Shown here in pieces: positions 1-12,013 of a stretch of 64,000 nt of DNA. The notes below the pieces were generated by a model. The model searched no databases, was not told the origin of the DNA, and saw nothing but the letters and a program-made list of their open reading frames with translations. How positions within the stretch are numbered: the stretch's first letter is position 1; each line of letters starts with the position of its first letter. Both the position numbers and the translations under genes were made by a program. Where the stretch lies: assembly GCA_051294375.1 (NCBI GenBank), contig CM119264.1:14472682-14536681 (forward strand), read 5' to 3'. The DNA comes from Paraspadella gotoi (lineage: Eukaryota > Animalia > Chaetognatha).

Positions 1-2
1 AT

Positions 3-191
3 CATCTAAACCGGACAGCTGGACAACGCGTTATGCTTATGGTGATCGATCGCGGGCCTCTTGAGAACAAGGAGCTCGCCGACTTTGGAGACGCAATTGT
101 CGAATCCTGTGGGGATTTAAGGAGCTTTACGCTCAAGCATGCCAAACCTCTTCTAAATGCTAATATTACTACAACAGTAGAAAACAGCTAA
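3..191 (+). CDS. Possible 3' coding end of an upstream gene (partial, unidentified)
   Basis: Open frame from the window edge: HLNRTAGQRVMLMVIDRGPLENKELADFGDAIVESCGDLRSFTLKHAKPLLNANITTTVENS* (TAA 189-191). GC-richer than the following AT-rich DNA. No recognised family. Confidence 0.35.
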   Translation, partial: HLNRTAGQRVMLMVIDRGPLENKELADFGDAIVESCGDLRSFTLKHAKPLLNANITTTVENS

Positions 192-880
192 ACTAATGTC
201 TTACTGTTTTTAAGCAGCAAAAAAAATCTAGAAAACATTCTTTCTCTTTCAGAAATCTTAGAATTAGTTTCGACTTAGCGGTCTACATGCCATACTTACA
301 TATTATTTGACATCTTCTTTACTCTTTCAGCTGAATATGTAAAGAAGCTGAAACTACTTCGGCAGTGCGTTTAATTACTCGTTTAATAACAAACGCAGAA
401 CATTGATGAAGATGTGGAAGACACTCCGCAAGGAATTATATGTACAGTTTAAAAACAGTACTCCCAATAACTCATAAATTAGTATCTCAAAGAGGAAAAT
501 CAAAAGATATAAAATTTAAACAAAGACAAATAGTAAAAATTAAATCAACAACCCTGAATCTATTAATAATAATTAAAAGTTTTGAAAAAAAATTGTCTTG
601 CACGTCTAAAATAAATAGTTTTTAAAGACAAAGGAATTTTTTATACAAGAACTTGAATTTTCGGATGACAAAACGTTACCTTAGTTACAACAATTCATGA
701 TTCAGATTCATGACTAACAAGTTTGTGAATAAGATTGGAGAATATTGTGATACTGGCAACAATTGCTAGACACAGGGCGAGAGATACAGAATGATAGGCA
801 TATAAAAGATAAAAAGATAGAGGAAACAAGTTTGAGCAAACAATGTCGGAACTGCCTACGATAATTAAGTGGGTGGCCGT

Positions 881-989
881 GGTATTCCTTCCACTCGGGA
901 TTCTTCCCAACTGGATTCCTCCCACACGGGATTCCTCCCACGTGGGTTTCCTCCCCATGGGATTCCTCCCACTCGGGTTTCCTCCCCAG
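881..989. repeat. Minisatellite of seven ~16-bp units GGGATTCCTCCC-NNNN, probably a DNA-transposon subterminal array
   Basis: Units read directly, e.g. gggattcctcccacgt, gggtttcctccccat, gggattcctcccactc. Each GGGA..TCCC unit is self-complementary. Confidence 0.75.
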
Positions 990-1162
990 CTAAGGAGATG
1001 ATAAATCACGATAATTCTTTCTGACTTTAAAATTGTGATCTCAACAGGTTATAACAAATCATAACTTAACAAATCATAACAGATTTCTTAATAAATCTAT
1101 GAAAAAATCTGTAAATCAATTGATCTATCAAAGAACCAGTAGATGTGCCAATAACTTCTTGC

Positions 1163-1211
1163 ATAATTTGGTCAACTTGTATAATTTGGTCAACTTGAAT
1201 TATTTGGTCAA
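1163..1211. repeat. 18-bp tandem repeat, about 2.7 copies (ATAATTTGGTCAACTTG[TA])
   Basis: Directly visible; it produces the DQIIQV repeats in the ORF track. Confidence 0.8.
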
Positions 1212-1571
1212 AATTTTTTTGATAACAGATCATTAGATTATAAATCATAACAGATTTCGTAATAAATCATTAAAATTATTAATCAATCAGTCAATAAACT
1301 TAAAAATTAAGTAATTAATGTTTTTATCTGTGAGAAAAAAAGAGAGAGACAAAGAGAGAGAGTAAATGTGACTTGTTTTTTCCATTAAAACTATAAGTCA
1401 AAAAAATATAAATAAATGTGACTTTTGTTTTTTCCTTTTAAACCCATTTCCACATGCACGATTCCATCGAAATTTTATAACCAGCTTAATCACACACTTT
1501 CCTACCCACACACAAAATTTTACTCCAATCCATCCATCCAATCACGAGTAATTGGAGTTTAATAATAAGGG

Positions 1572-1744
1572 GGGACGGACAGACGGATGGACGGACAGAC
1601 ATCATTTTTTATGCATAATTTATCATAAAATTATGTTCTGACATAACCTAAGTAATTTACCGAAAAGATTTAGGGGTGGGACCGACGGACCGCCAAGGTG
1701 GATTATAAAGTCAGAATCTGCGCTAAGCGGATCCAACTAGAAAG
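1572..1744 (+). mobile_element. Helentron/DINE-1-like (HINE) non-autonomous element 3' remnant
   Basis: (GGAC/AGAC)n microsatellite, then hairpin ATCTGC-GCTAA-GCGGAT, then CAACTAGAAAG. Same architecture at about 34385 and 55558. Confidence 0.45.
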
Positions 1745-4700
1745 TCAATCATTAATTTGTTCACCAATTTCCTTGTTGGCCGAAGGTCTTTCCAAAGCCA
1801 GCATCCTAATTTTAAAAGGAACAGTCATTTCAAGTTGTTGATGATTACATGATGGTTAGATTTATCTTCATTTATCTATTTGTTAATTTATATATTTAAC
1901 ATCTATTTTTTAATTGCTAAGTATATTAACTAAAACAACTCAGTAAAGTTGTTCCAACTTCAAAGAATAATCGCGGCGCAACCTAAAAGAATTCTTTTTT
2001 TCTATGGCTTATTTGACATTAGCGATTTTTCTGGTCACCTCAGCAACGTTTCAACGTCGACCCAAGATCCGTTTGAACACTGCCTCAAGATCTCGTCCAC
2101 CCGCTGGGGGAAGAAGTTCAGACGATACACGTCGCTGAAAAAAGTCGATCAAGTCATTAGTTTGTAATGAAATTGGTGCAACCAATATAATATTATATAA
2201 TATATAATATTTTATTATAATATGCAATGTTCGCAATGAGACACCATAGAAACTATCAGATATTTTGTTATTTAATAACCGATTCGCAATGACTCCTTTC
2301 GGTTCATAACCTAAAGTTGCTGCGAACAAAAGACAAAAGAACTCCTTTTTTCTTAATTTTAGAATATAATCGAACATCAATATCAAATCAATGGGTCGGT
2401 TAATAATACTAGGCCAAGTTCAAAGTTGAGAGTAAACTAGAAAGTTATAATCTATACGACCGAAATAAGAAATGTACATCTTATAAACCGTTAAACGTAT
2501 TTAAAATTCCATAAATAAACCATTATCAACAAATAAGAAGTATTTTCTCATAACTAGAGTTATTTTTATACTCAATATTATTACTAAATTTCAATTTCAA
2601 TTCAAGAAAAAAATGAGTTTCAGATATTTTTAAAATTATAAGTCGGCTAAAACCTGTAAGAATCGATGACGGCTCTGATGACCTCGACTGGCAAATACCC
2701 TTCACACTTAATGTCTTTAAGGTAGAGAGCGTTGGTGAGTTTTGTGAACCCATCGAACCAAGCGTCCGCCAAGGGATCTGGAAAAATAAATAGCATCCAC
2801 TTAATAAATACTTATCGATGAATTGACAAACTAAAATCTTACTTTTATTTTTCCAGTAGATACGTACTACTATTTCGATTATTATTTTGAAAGTTACTAA
2901 AAGTAAATTCAAGTTTTACTTTCATATACAATATTATTATTTAATTAGTAAATTTTAACCAGTAAATAGTTTATAGTTAAATATAGTTCCGTTGTTAACT
3001 TTCATATTTCCTACTAAATGACTGAATAACTTTCTTTCAAATTTGACAATGTTTTTACGAACAGTGAAGACTGATCATTCACCACTTTTACCTTTTCACG
3101 TCAATTATATACGTAGACTTGATTAATCATTAACCTGGTTTTTTCTCCACCTCCTCTTCCTCGTTTAGGTTTTCGCTTCTCAGTTCGGTCGCCGCGGTTG
3201 TCGTCGGCGTCGTCATCGTCGTAGTTAACGTCGTCATTGTTGGCGCAGCCTCCGGGACTTTCGCTTGCTTCCGTTGCTTGCGAATGTGAAGCATCGTGTT
3301 CTGTTCGAAAACCAACGCGACGTTTTCCGTCAACAATTATACAATTTCGTCAAAATTGCAATAGCAGCTGGGTGTGCGTTTGCAATGTGGATTAGGTTTT
3401 TCGCGAAAAAACTGACTCGAGTGGAAACTACGGATGTGGGTCGTTTTGTTTTTTGTTTTTTTTTTGTTTTTGTTTTGTTTCTTTCTATAATTTTGGGCAG
3501 AGGTATCAAGAAGAAATGAAAAAAACGAGGCTGAAAAGTCGTGATGACACGAAGTCTGAAAATCACATTTGACTTTTGACTTTTCGGTTCGATCATTTGA
3601 ATATATGCATTTATTATACGTATTTATAATTTAATTTTAAATTTTCACGTTCTCTGTAAAGGAGTTGATTTCGAATTGATTCAGTCATTTTTACCGATGA
3701 CTCCAAATGATGATTCATGAATCTCATCTCTTCTGCTAATTCGCGACGCTCACCTGATAGGATCGGGAATTCTTCCAAGTCAAGAACGGGCTTTGCGGAT
3801 GTCGGGGATCCGTGGCCTCGGGGCTCATGATCAGCTGCTGATTGGCCGAAGTGGGTGTAACCGAGCTCGATGTCGCGTTCTGATTGGCCAGATGCGACGG
3901 CCCGTTTGCGGGCGAACCTCCGCTCTGATTGGCCAGAATCAACGTCGGCGACAACGGCGACATAGACGAAGAAACGGCGGCGCCGGCGCCATTTTCGAAC
4001 TGAACCTGTAGCGCCACCAGAAACAAAGTTTTTAAAAATTTCACCAAAACCAAAACCAAATATCTCCAACCTGATACAGTCCGTCTTGGCCTCCGGCGTA
4101 GATAGAGCAATGCTGCTGTGGTTGATAGCCCGGCCGCACCGGAAGCGGCGGGAACTGCTGCAGATGCTGATGCTGCTGCTGTTGAAAGACGACGTCGTAG
4201 TCGTGATTGGGAGTGTGACAAAAACTGGGGTCGCGAAGGACTCGGGCATAGGAGGGGCTGGGATTGGAGCGGGGTCCGGCGAAGGGGAGGGTGGAGGTCG
4301 TCACGGGATGGGGGAAGAGAGGACCAAGGTTCTGAGGGGAGGGCGGGGGAGCCCGGGAGCCGGAGATTAGAGAGGAAAAGTGTAGACCAAATTAGATTTA
4401 TGAGAATTTAGAAGAAAAGCAACTAGATAATAAGTTCTCACTTTGAGGGTAAGCGTCGACATTTGCTGAGGCGCCAAGTTAGCGCCGTCACCCCCGACCG
4501 GCGCCACCGTCGATTGCGGCGCCCGCGACGTCGGCGCCGAGGAACCGAAAAAGTCCCACATCGTCGACTCTGAGAGGCTGACCTCCATGGGTCCCAAACG
4601 GCCGTTGAGTGGACCTGGATGAAAATGAATCTGATTATCAAGAATGATATTTGGAATGAACGAATAAATGATTAGATGAATGAATGGCTGATCAATAAAA

Positions 4701-5378
4701 GAAATAATGACTGAATGAATAAATGTATGAATGAATGAATGAATGAATGAATGAATGAATGAATGAATGAATGAATGAATAAATGAATCATTTAAACCAT
4801 AAGAAACGAAAATTAATAAATTATTCAAAAGATCTATCAATTCAACCCTTTGACTAATAGTGACACTATTTCTACAGTATTATCAACGTATAATTACCTC
4901 CCTTCTCCGCTTTTAAAGGCGAATCTGAATTGTCTGCAGATGGTTGACGACGCCGACGACGACGCCGAGAGAGACGACGAGGCGGCGTCGCTCGGTCGTC
5001 GGCGTCGGACGACGAGAAACGACGATGGCGGCGGCGAGAACGAGCGCGGCGCAGTCAAGGACGCCGCGATCAAATACGCTTCGTTGCTGAATGGTTTTAA
5101 ATTGGGGCGAGAGTGAAAAACGAAATATGAGCTATTGCTTGAAATAATAAGCCTGAATTATTTAGTTTTTAATAAAATAATTTCAATGAGCTCACCCGTT
5201 CTCAGCCACGCGACCTCCATTCCCTCCTTCATCCCTCTCCCCCGATGTTCTTCTGTCTTTCTTCCGCCTTCGTCGTTAGTTTCTCTGTCTACCAGCAGGC
5301 GAATCCTCGTCACTACTGGTCTGTCCCACGTCGAGTCGTAAATCGACAAAAGGACAACGGTTTTGTCTTCTTCGATTT
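1745..5378 (-). CDS. C1orf87-like protein: disordered N-terminal region plus C-terminal EF-hand-like domain (multi-exon, 5' end not resolved)
   Basis: Phase-consistent GT-AG exons 5378-5196, 4933-4898, 4614-4442, 4331-4071, 4005-3754, 3300-3135, 2777-2654, 2134-2039, 1805-1745. The spliced C-terminus DPLADAWFDGFTKLTNALYLKDIKCEGYLPVEVIRAVIDSYSDVYRLNFFPQRVDEILRQCSNGSWVDVETLLRMLALE matches, from memory, the C1orf87 C-terminal pattern W..F.KL.NALYL.D....G.L.......I..Y...Y.L....Q.ID..L. The two 5'-most exons are less certain. Confidence 0.7.
4720..4788. repeat. (GAAT)n microsatellite, intronic
   Basis: Directly visible tandem tetranucleotide. Confidence 0.9.
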
Positions 5379-5801
5379 CTGCCGCGAAAAAAAAAAAAAA
5401 AAGAATTGGAAGTCAGTGCGCAACAATCTCTTTTGCATAATGACATAATGACATCCGAGCGAATTCCATTTCGCGTCTCTCTCGTTTGTCTCTCAATTCA
5501 GCTGAATGGCGAACTGCCAGAGTCGTTTTTGGAAAATTCACTGTTGCGTCGAAAGACATCGGTATCAATCAGAAAATTCGTTTCCACTTAATGACTTTTC
5601 ACTATGAGTGACAGACCGGTTAAACCTTTTTTTCAAAACAGCCAACTGCCTTATCCCAATTTACAGATAGCAATGCGATTTGAGAAAATACGTCCTTCGG
5701 AATTCATTGTTGGGGCATGCCGCCAACGCAAACAGTTGAATTCGTTAACCGACTTAACAAACAAACAAACAAACTTAACAAAAGTCGATTCGCTCTCTCA
5801 A

Positions 5802-7421
5802 CTAGTTTTCTCTCTCCCGCCCCCTGGGCGCCCCCCTCCACCACCCAACGTCACCTTCCACCTCCGCTCCTTCCTTCTTCTCCCTTTTGAACGTCGCCTT
5901 GGCGCGGAATCTCTTATCGCCGATCCGAGAGATGACGTTGGCGTCGAGAGACCAAAACCGATGCGCTTTTGTTCGAAACGAAGTCGGGTGAGGCGAGGGC
6001 GACGACGACGACGACAACGACGGTTTGAAGGCTACCGGGAGACGGGATTCCTCGGGATTCACAGAGGAGGAAGAGGAGGAGGAGGAGGAGGAGTCGCTGG
6101 AGGGTAGGAGGGAGACGATTTCCCACCGGAAGTGACGGCTGAGGGAGTCGATGGTATCGGAAACCTGAGAGAGAGAGAGAGAGGGAGAGAGGGAGAGAGG
6201 GAGAGAGAGAGAGAGGGAGAGAGGGAGAGCTAATTTTATGACGAGTCTCTTATATCCCGCCCCTTTCCGGTTACTTCGCACCTGCGTTCCTTTTATCTAT
6301 CGAATAACGATTGATGAATGCGGAATAAAGTGAGTAAAAGACGCGACAGCGAGTGAGGTGCGGACGATAGACAAAANNNNNNNNNNNNNNNNNNNNNNNN
6401 NNNNNNNNNNNNNNNNNNNNNNNNNNNNNNNNNNNNNNNNNNNNNNNNNNNNNNNNNNNNNNNCTAACTCACCCTTTCTCGCTCCGGCCTGAACTTGGCC
6501 ACTTCGCACGTGACGTTAAAATGTCTGGCGTCGATCGCTACGCGTTTGACGCCGGGGCACGTGACTTCCGGCGCCACGCGACGCAAGATGGTCAACGTCT
6601 TCTCGAACTTTTGAGAGGCGGAGGTTTGGACGCGGAGAACGACGGAGAGCGGGACATCGGGAGCTGAGAGAAGGAAAAACGGGAGATGTGGAATTAGTGG
6701 AAAGGGAATTAGTGGAAAGGGAATTAGTGGAAAGAGAATTAGTGGAAAGGGAATAGAGATGGAAAACTTGAAAGATGGAAAATGGAACGAGGAGAAATGT
6801 GAAGGAGAAGGAAGAAGAGAGAGGAGAAGGCTTGTGGCGCTGAAGCTGAGAATCAGTGGGCCGCTTATCGTGAAGAAAAAAAATGGACTTCATTTCTCAA
6901 AACTCTCATGTCGCTAATGTAACGAATCACTCGCCGAGCTCAATTTTGAAAAACAAATTTATTTTCATGTCCGAACAAAATGAGGAAACAAATATGTACG
7001 AATTGCAATGAACGAGCTTTTTTAAGACGATTGCTTTGCAACTAACTCCAGTTTTCTTAAATCAACCGAGTAAAAACAATTTCGAATAACTCGAGGCGAA
7101 TAATACTCAGAGAGCTTTTGGCCAGTTTACTCGAGTTCCCTGTTCCGACCAGTCTTGGAAGTAAGGTTCGAAAGAAGCCAGGATTACCCGCGGCCTCGCA
7201 ACTCGTCCCCAGGTGGAGATTCGCCCTTCAAATGGCGCGAGCGTCGTTGAGGATCCGGCGCCCGGGCCGGCATCGGCACCCGAAACAGCGCCGCCTCCCA
7301 AGACCCCGAGACGTTAAAGAATGACGAAGCCACGGCACGTCGGAGCTGGCCGGAAAACGCCGTTCGACCAGGGCTCATTGGCCTTGGCGACCGAGGAAAC
7401 CCGCCGCTGCCCAACGGATAA
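5802..7421 (-). other. Unassigned GC-rich candidate exons (acceptors before 7421 and 6164)
   Basis: Long (CT)-rich tracts end in CAG before both blocks. Block 7421-7188 is open (YPLGSGGFPRSPRPMSPG...) and ends at a GG|gtaat donor. It cannot be joined confidently to either flanking gene, and there is a gap at 6376-6463. Confidence 0.3.
6690..6752. repeat. 15-bp tandem repeat GGAATTAGTGGAAAG, about 4 copies
   Basis: Directly visible; gives STNSL repeats in the ORF track. Confidence 0.85.
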
Positions 7422-7979
7422 CTGAGGAAGGAAGAGAGATGAGCAGGATGGGACGAAGAAGGAGAAGAGAGAGGATGAGAGAGAGAGAGAAGAAGCAGAC
7501 GGAGCGACGAGGAGAGAGAGAAAGAGAAGAGACGAGAGAGAGAGGAGAGACGAGAGTGGATGGACTGCGAGAAGAGATTGAGATGAGAAAAGAGAGAGAC
7601 TTTTCGTTCCCAAAGAAAGTCGGCCCCGTCATCGAAGAAAATTGCTGTTGATAAAAACAAATTAAGATAACATGGACAGGTGTGGAAAAAAGTAGGCCTT
7701 ATGAGGAGGAAAAGTTTGTTTTTTTATAGGAGGAATAAGAAAAAAGAATGAGAAAACGATAACGGAGGCGGAAAAATCTTATCACGCAGGAAAGAAAAAG
7801 GGAGGAAAAGTATACCACTCGGAGGGAAAATCACTACCTTGAGTCGTGAATATTTGACGAAGGAAAACGTCACCAAAAAATATGAAACTGAAAGAGCCAG
7901 AGTAGTGGACGAAAAAATGTGTTCGACGAGAAAAAAAAAAAAAAGAGGGCGATGCGCGCGCGAAAAGGGTCCGGGAAAA

Positions 7980-8830
7980 GAAAGGAAAAAAAAGAAATAG
8001 AAAAAAAAGAAAAATATTGAAAGAGACCTCGAATTAGCCGGTTTTTAAATCGATGAACAAGATGAAAGGAAAAAACAGTGGAAAAGAATAAACAAGGAGG
8101 GGCTAAAAAGAGCGAAAAGAAATGAACAGAGAATGAGGAGATGCGAAAAGGAAATCGTGTACGAGATTACGAGAACTGGACGGAAGAAAGAAAACCCCTT
8201 CGCCCCTAAAAAAAAAAAAGGAAAACAAAACATAGCGAGAATGCGGAGGGGCAGGGAGGAAAGAAGAGATTGAGAGAATGAGCCGAAACTGGCAGACATT
8301 AAGCAAAGCCGTTAAGCCGCCGACGGCGCATTCTAAGGGACAATCAATGGGCTCTATCCGCAAATATATATTCTGCGAACCTAATAGCAGATGGGTTAGC
8401 TGGCGGTATAGTATTTCATTCGACGGGAAGCAAATCAGCTCACCAAATNNNNNNNNNNNNNNNNNNNNNNNNNAAAAAAAAAAAGGAAAAAAGAAAATAG
8501 AAAAAAGGAAAATGAAAGAGACTCGATTAGGGTTTAAATCGAGTGAAAAGATGAAAGGAAAAACAGTGGATAAACAAGGAGGTAAAAAGAGAAAAGAAAT
8601 GACAGAGAATGAGGAGAGGAAAAGGATCGTGTACGAGATAGAGAACTGGAGGAAGAAAGAAAACCCCTTCGCCCTAAAAAAAAAAAAGAAAACAAACAGT
8701 AGCGAGAATGGGAGGGGAGGAAAAGAGATGTGAGAATGAGCGAACTGGCAGAAATTAAGCAAAGCCGTTAAGCCGCCGAGGCATTTAGGGACATCAATGG
8801 GCTTCTATCCGCATTAATATTTTTGGGCAT
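7980..8830. repeat. Direct duplication (~7980-8380 vs ~8474-8825) across a 25-N gap, likely assembly overfill
   Basis: The same sequence lies on both sides of gap 8449-8473, differing largely by 1-bp indels. Confidence 0.7.
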
Positions 8831-10756
8831 TGAGATTTATCGTAGAGAAGAGATAAGAAAAAAGATAAGAGAGAAAGAAAATAAAATTAAAGAAAAACGA
8901 AATGAGAAAAAAAGATAACCAAAAGAGAAGAAAAGAAAGGAAGATAACCAAAAGAGAAGAGAAGAAAAGAAAAGAAAAGAAAAGAAAAGAAAAGAAAAGA
9001 AAAGAAAAGAAAAAATAGAAAAGAATAGAAAAGAAAAGAAAAGAAAAGAAAAGAAAAGAAAAGAAAAGAAAAGAAAAAATAGAAAAGCAAGGAAAGGAAA
9101 GGAAAGGAAAGGAAAAGAAAAGAAAAGAAAAGAAAAGAAAAGAAAAGAAAAGAAAAGAAAAGAAAAGAAAAGAAAAGAAGTCTCACCGAGACGGTCGGAC
9201 CGTAGTCGAAGGTTGGCCATCGTCAAGTAACCATCTTTGTCCTTGGAGTCGCCGTTGGGTGGTCGACCTCCCAGGGTCAGTCGGGGATCCTGGAATTGGG
9301 GGTAGGACCGGATTTGGGGTTGAGGTCAAATAAAGATAAGACGAAATAAAATATTAGTTCAATGAAAATTTTTTAAAAAAATTTAGGGAACACGAATCTT
9401 TTTTACTTAATATTTTTATTAACATAATAAATGTTTATAACAAAATTGAAAAAAAAACTGACACAAAAAAGCAAAGACTCAAATCTCTAGGCGGCAGAAC
9501 GAGACGCCGCATTGAGGAAACATCACGTCGCTTTTTCCAATTTCTATTTTATGTCTTGTTTGCTTGGCATTCATTTGAAGGGAAGAGAAAAAAACTGCGA
9601 AGAATCGGGATGTTTCGTGATTGAATCATATTCGATTTTAGATTTTGTAACGTAAACTCAACGACACATTTTCCTTTGAACTGATTTTTGGATGCCAGAA
9701 AATCCTACTATACAAAATTGAAAAAAAAAATAGCTCGTATTAAAAGAATTGTACGTTTTAACCGACCATTGACGAATAACAAAAGAAAAAAATTCTGCGA
9801 AATATAAAAAAAATAAAAGAAAAAACATTTTAAAAAGAAAAAGAAAGAATTTCCTTTTTTCTTGTTGTTTGATTTGTTCTATTTGGGACGAAGTGTTTGT
9901 TTGGCTTCGCCCTTTGCAAAACTTCGTGGGTATCATCGTTGCTATTTTATTTATTCGTATTTTTCGCCAGTTATACATATAGTATATAGTTCGTTGGAGG
10001 ATAACAAATATCCGACTATAATCCTCGCTCTTAAAGTTTTTTTTCCGGTTTCTTGAATCTCCGTTGAACATTAATCTTTATTCTATTTTTGTTTTCTATT
10101 TTTTTTTTCATTTTTCTTTTCTTTGATTTCTTCTCTCTTCTTTTTTTCATTAATCCTTATCTCGAAGAGTCGACCTCCCTTTAAATTTTTAGAACGGAGA
10201 TGGATGAATTTTTTTTTTCTATTCTAGATCGAAACTCAACACATAACACCCAACGCAAATCAACCACAAAACGTCTTTGTACACAAGATTACACTATTCA
10301 AAATACATTTTTTTATATATATCAAATATAATTTTATATAAAACACAAAGAAATCTTTGGCGTTTTATGATTTTTTTTTTGGTTTGGTTTCTTTAATGAC
10401 ATCAATCTAATTCTCTGAACTACGGAAACCTAATTTTTTTCATTTACTACACTAAGTCACGTGTTATAGAAATTTTAATAGATATTAGATTAATTTTGTC
10501 GGAATAAATTCATTTCGTTTCATTCAAATACAGTATGTAGTTCCCTATATTGGACTCATTTATATTCGGTTATTAATCGAATCAATTAAAAGAATAAAAA
10601 ACATGAAATCAAATCGATCGACCGTTAACCTGCGGACGAGGCACTCCGTCTGCCAGCATCCATGTTATGTTTTCGGCCGGAATCCTTGGATTGGCGAGAA
10701 TTGCGCACGAGACAGAGACGAACTCTTTGGGGTTGTGGACTCGCTGCGGGAAGGGG

Positions 10757-10797
<41 letters not shown>

Positions 10798-11063
10798 TTA
10801 ACCTCAAGAAATGACTCTCTCTCGCTCACTCAGAGTCACGTGAACTTACCTGAGTGCTAGGGCACTGGAATTTGGGCGAGAAATGAATTTTAAGAAAATC
10901 GAAGACGCATTTTGGTTTTGGCAAAGTCGAGTTCCAATGCGGGTGAGACGCTTCGCAACTAATCTCCTTTTTGTGATACCTTAGTGGAGATAAGTTAAAA
11001 TTAGTTAGTTGCAGCGTGAGAAAAGAAGGAATGAAGAGAAAATTGAGGCAGCGAGGGTGGAGA

Positions 11064-11144
<81 letters not shown>

Positions 11145-11163
11145 AGAAGAGAGAGAGAGAAAC

Positions 11164-11206
<43 letters not shown>

Positions 11207-11921
11207 AATAGATATAGATAGATAGATAGATAGATAGATAGAATAGATAGATAGTGTGTGTGTGGTGTGTGTGTGAGAGTGAGAGTGAAAGTGAAAAGGG
11301 CTAAATGGCTAAACGACAGATTTGTCGTAAACGTCGAAAATAAATTTAGCGCCTTACAAGTAGCGCCTGAGAGAAACTTAAATAGCATAGCAAACAAAAT
11401 TGAGGTCTGACATCAATTCATGAATTATAAACTATACTTTTTTCACTTTTTTTTTCGTAAAGAAGGTTTAAAACATTTTCATAAACATAAACAGTTGTAC
11501 AAATTAAGATTGAATTTCTGCTCGAAAAATAAGTGTTTACAAAAATAAGTATACGTTTGCAAAAGCGAAAAGGATTACGCTTTATAGTGAACACTAGCTT
11601 AACTGAGCTTAGCCGAAATCGCTTAGCTGTCGAAAAATCCTCTTTGGGCTTAAGAAAAAGGACGTTTAAACCTCCTAAGCGAAAAAGGTTTTTTATGTTC
11701 CTTTCTCAATGCATTGTCCCATCATTTTCTCGCTTATCATTTTTCCCGCTTCCTCCAATGGACGCTGTTCTTAGCTCCGACGCGGGATAGCGTTTTCCTA
11801 CAAACGCGCGTCTACATATTATAAGCATTAAGTTTAATGTCTCTCATCCCATAAAATCGAATTGATGGTGCGTGGGTTTAAAAGGCTGATTGGCTGGACG
11901 AAGTGTATCGATCACGGGAGT

Positions 11922-12013
<92 letters not shown>

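Noticed and set aside
881-989. CRISPR-like palindromic repeat array
   Set aside because: Spacers are only 3-4 nt, there are no cas genes, and the context is eukaryotic.
4898-5086. In-frame TGA codons suggesting readthrough or selenocysteine in a longer exon
   Set aside because: A closer CAG acceptor gives a 36-nt exon that keeps the phase with no stops, and there is no SECIS evidence.
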